A stretch of 64,000 nucleotides of DNA from a bacterium (GTDB lineage Bacteria; Zhuqueibacterota; Zhuqueibacteria; Residuimicrobiales; Krinioviventaceae), in NCBI GenBank assembly GCA_963693055.1, contig OY843751.1:1376001-1440000 (forward strand), given 5' to 3'. Under the pieces are notes generated by a model. It was not told where the DNA came from and did not search any database. It saw only the letters and a list, made by a program, of their open reading frames with translations. A program made the translations under genes and the position numbers. Positions 63,306-64,000 of the stretch are shown here, piece after piece. The stretch's first letter is position 1, and every line of letters begins with the position of its first letter.

Positions 63306-63347
63306 TATTTTGTTGAAATGGAATTACTTAATGCTAGTGGAGTTTAT

Positions 63348-64000
63348 ATGAAAAAGCACCTGATTCAACTTTTGTTATTATTATTTGCAGGCTTGTTATT
63401 AGCAGCTGGTAATAGTGCTGATGTTGATCAAACGAACGATTATAATGATGCGTCTGTAGTTCAAACCGGTAATAATAATATTGCTGATGTAGATCAAGTT
63501 AGTACCGCTACAACCAGCAGTGAGGGTAACATTGCTGAAATAACTCAAGCCAGCAGTAATAATGATTTCACTGTTGACCAAACCGGCAAATCTAACGTTG
63601 CAATTATGAGTAATCAAGTGCGGAATGGAGCTGTCTCAAAAGTTTATCAGAATGGTGTTGATAACAGAGCTGAGGCAGAGCTGAAATCAAGTGGTTTCTT
63701 GACAGGAAAAAGCTTTACATCATTTCAGGAACAAATTGGAAATCATAATGTAACTTCCAGAATCAGAATGGATGGAATTAATAGCAGTACATACAATTTT
63801 CAATTTGGTGACTATAACCACTCTCACACTTCGATTTTGGGAAACAATAATTGGATATTGGTTACCCAGGGTGTGAGTTTTGCTGCGGCAGATCACAACT
63901 ATGTTTATAGTGAAACCGAAGGTAACAATAATGATGTTATTGTCGATCAGGTAGGCGATTTTAACAGAACGATTATTGTGCAGGAATTCCAATCCAATAC
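63348..64000 (+). CDS. Curlin repeat protein 5 (partial, runs off window)
   Basis: Not in the ORF track. MKKHLIQLLLLLFAGLLLA then NSADVDQTNDYNDASVVQTGNNNIADVDQ..., with a GGAG RBS upstream. Confidence 0.85.
   Translation, partial: MKKHLIQLLLLLFAGLLLAAGNSADVDQTNDYNDASVVQTGNNNIADVDQVSTATTSSEGNIAEITQASSNNDFTVDQTGKSNVAIMSNQVRNGAVSKVYQNGVDNRAEAELKSSGFLTGKSFTSFQEQIGNHNVTSRIRMDGINSSTYNFQFGDYNHSHTSILGNNNWILVTQGVSFAAADHNYVYSETEGNNNDVIVDQVGDFNRTIIVQEFQSN

Noticed and set aside
1-64000. tRNA, rRNA, transposase, integrase or phage genes
   Set aside because: None recognised by eye or in the ORF track; a tRNAscan/Rfam search would be needed to exclude small RNAs.

Overview
Bacterial chromosome segment using the standard genetic code, probably from an FCB-affiliated Gram-negative lineage (KSB1/Calditrichota-like; inferred from the LPVEL-Ig plus FlgD/T9SS-like C-terminal domains and Gln-starting mature proteins). 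1-28.3 kb is a secreted/surface-protein region downstream of groEL. It holds seven genes (one pseudogene) with different passengers on a shared C-terminal sorting module, an S9 peptidase, and two operons in which FISUMP (Fib_succ_major) proteins precede an FG-GAP/FN3/dockerin-like protein. Next to these is an AraC-type hybrid two-component system, whose candidate 21-bp-period operator occurs three times. A degenerate copy of the groEL 3' end and terminator lies at 2.5 kb. 28.4-34.6 kb is housekeeping: groESL with a perfect CIRCE, khpA, rlmH, an aminotransferase, an ACT protein and paaK. At 34.7-36.9 kb two AT-rich genes are bracketed by three copies of a ~100-bp palindromic repeat. 37-51.6 kb encodes hydrolases, TPR proteins, GH43, GH28, a MuiA-like protein, DinB and an HD-like protein. 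51.8-64 kb holds a PAS kinase, a sigma54 activator and a lone receiver, then a curli-type locus: csgE, csgF, csgG fused to an extra beta-barrel, and at least five large curlin paralogues. The best candidate for a new system is a modular 'tip + stalk' adhesin, in which FISUMP proteins with an apparently incomplete FN3/Ig fold may be completed by an N-terminal donor strand from the co-transcribed stalk protein.
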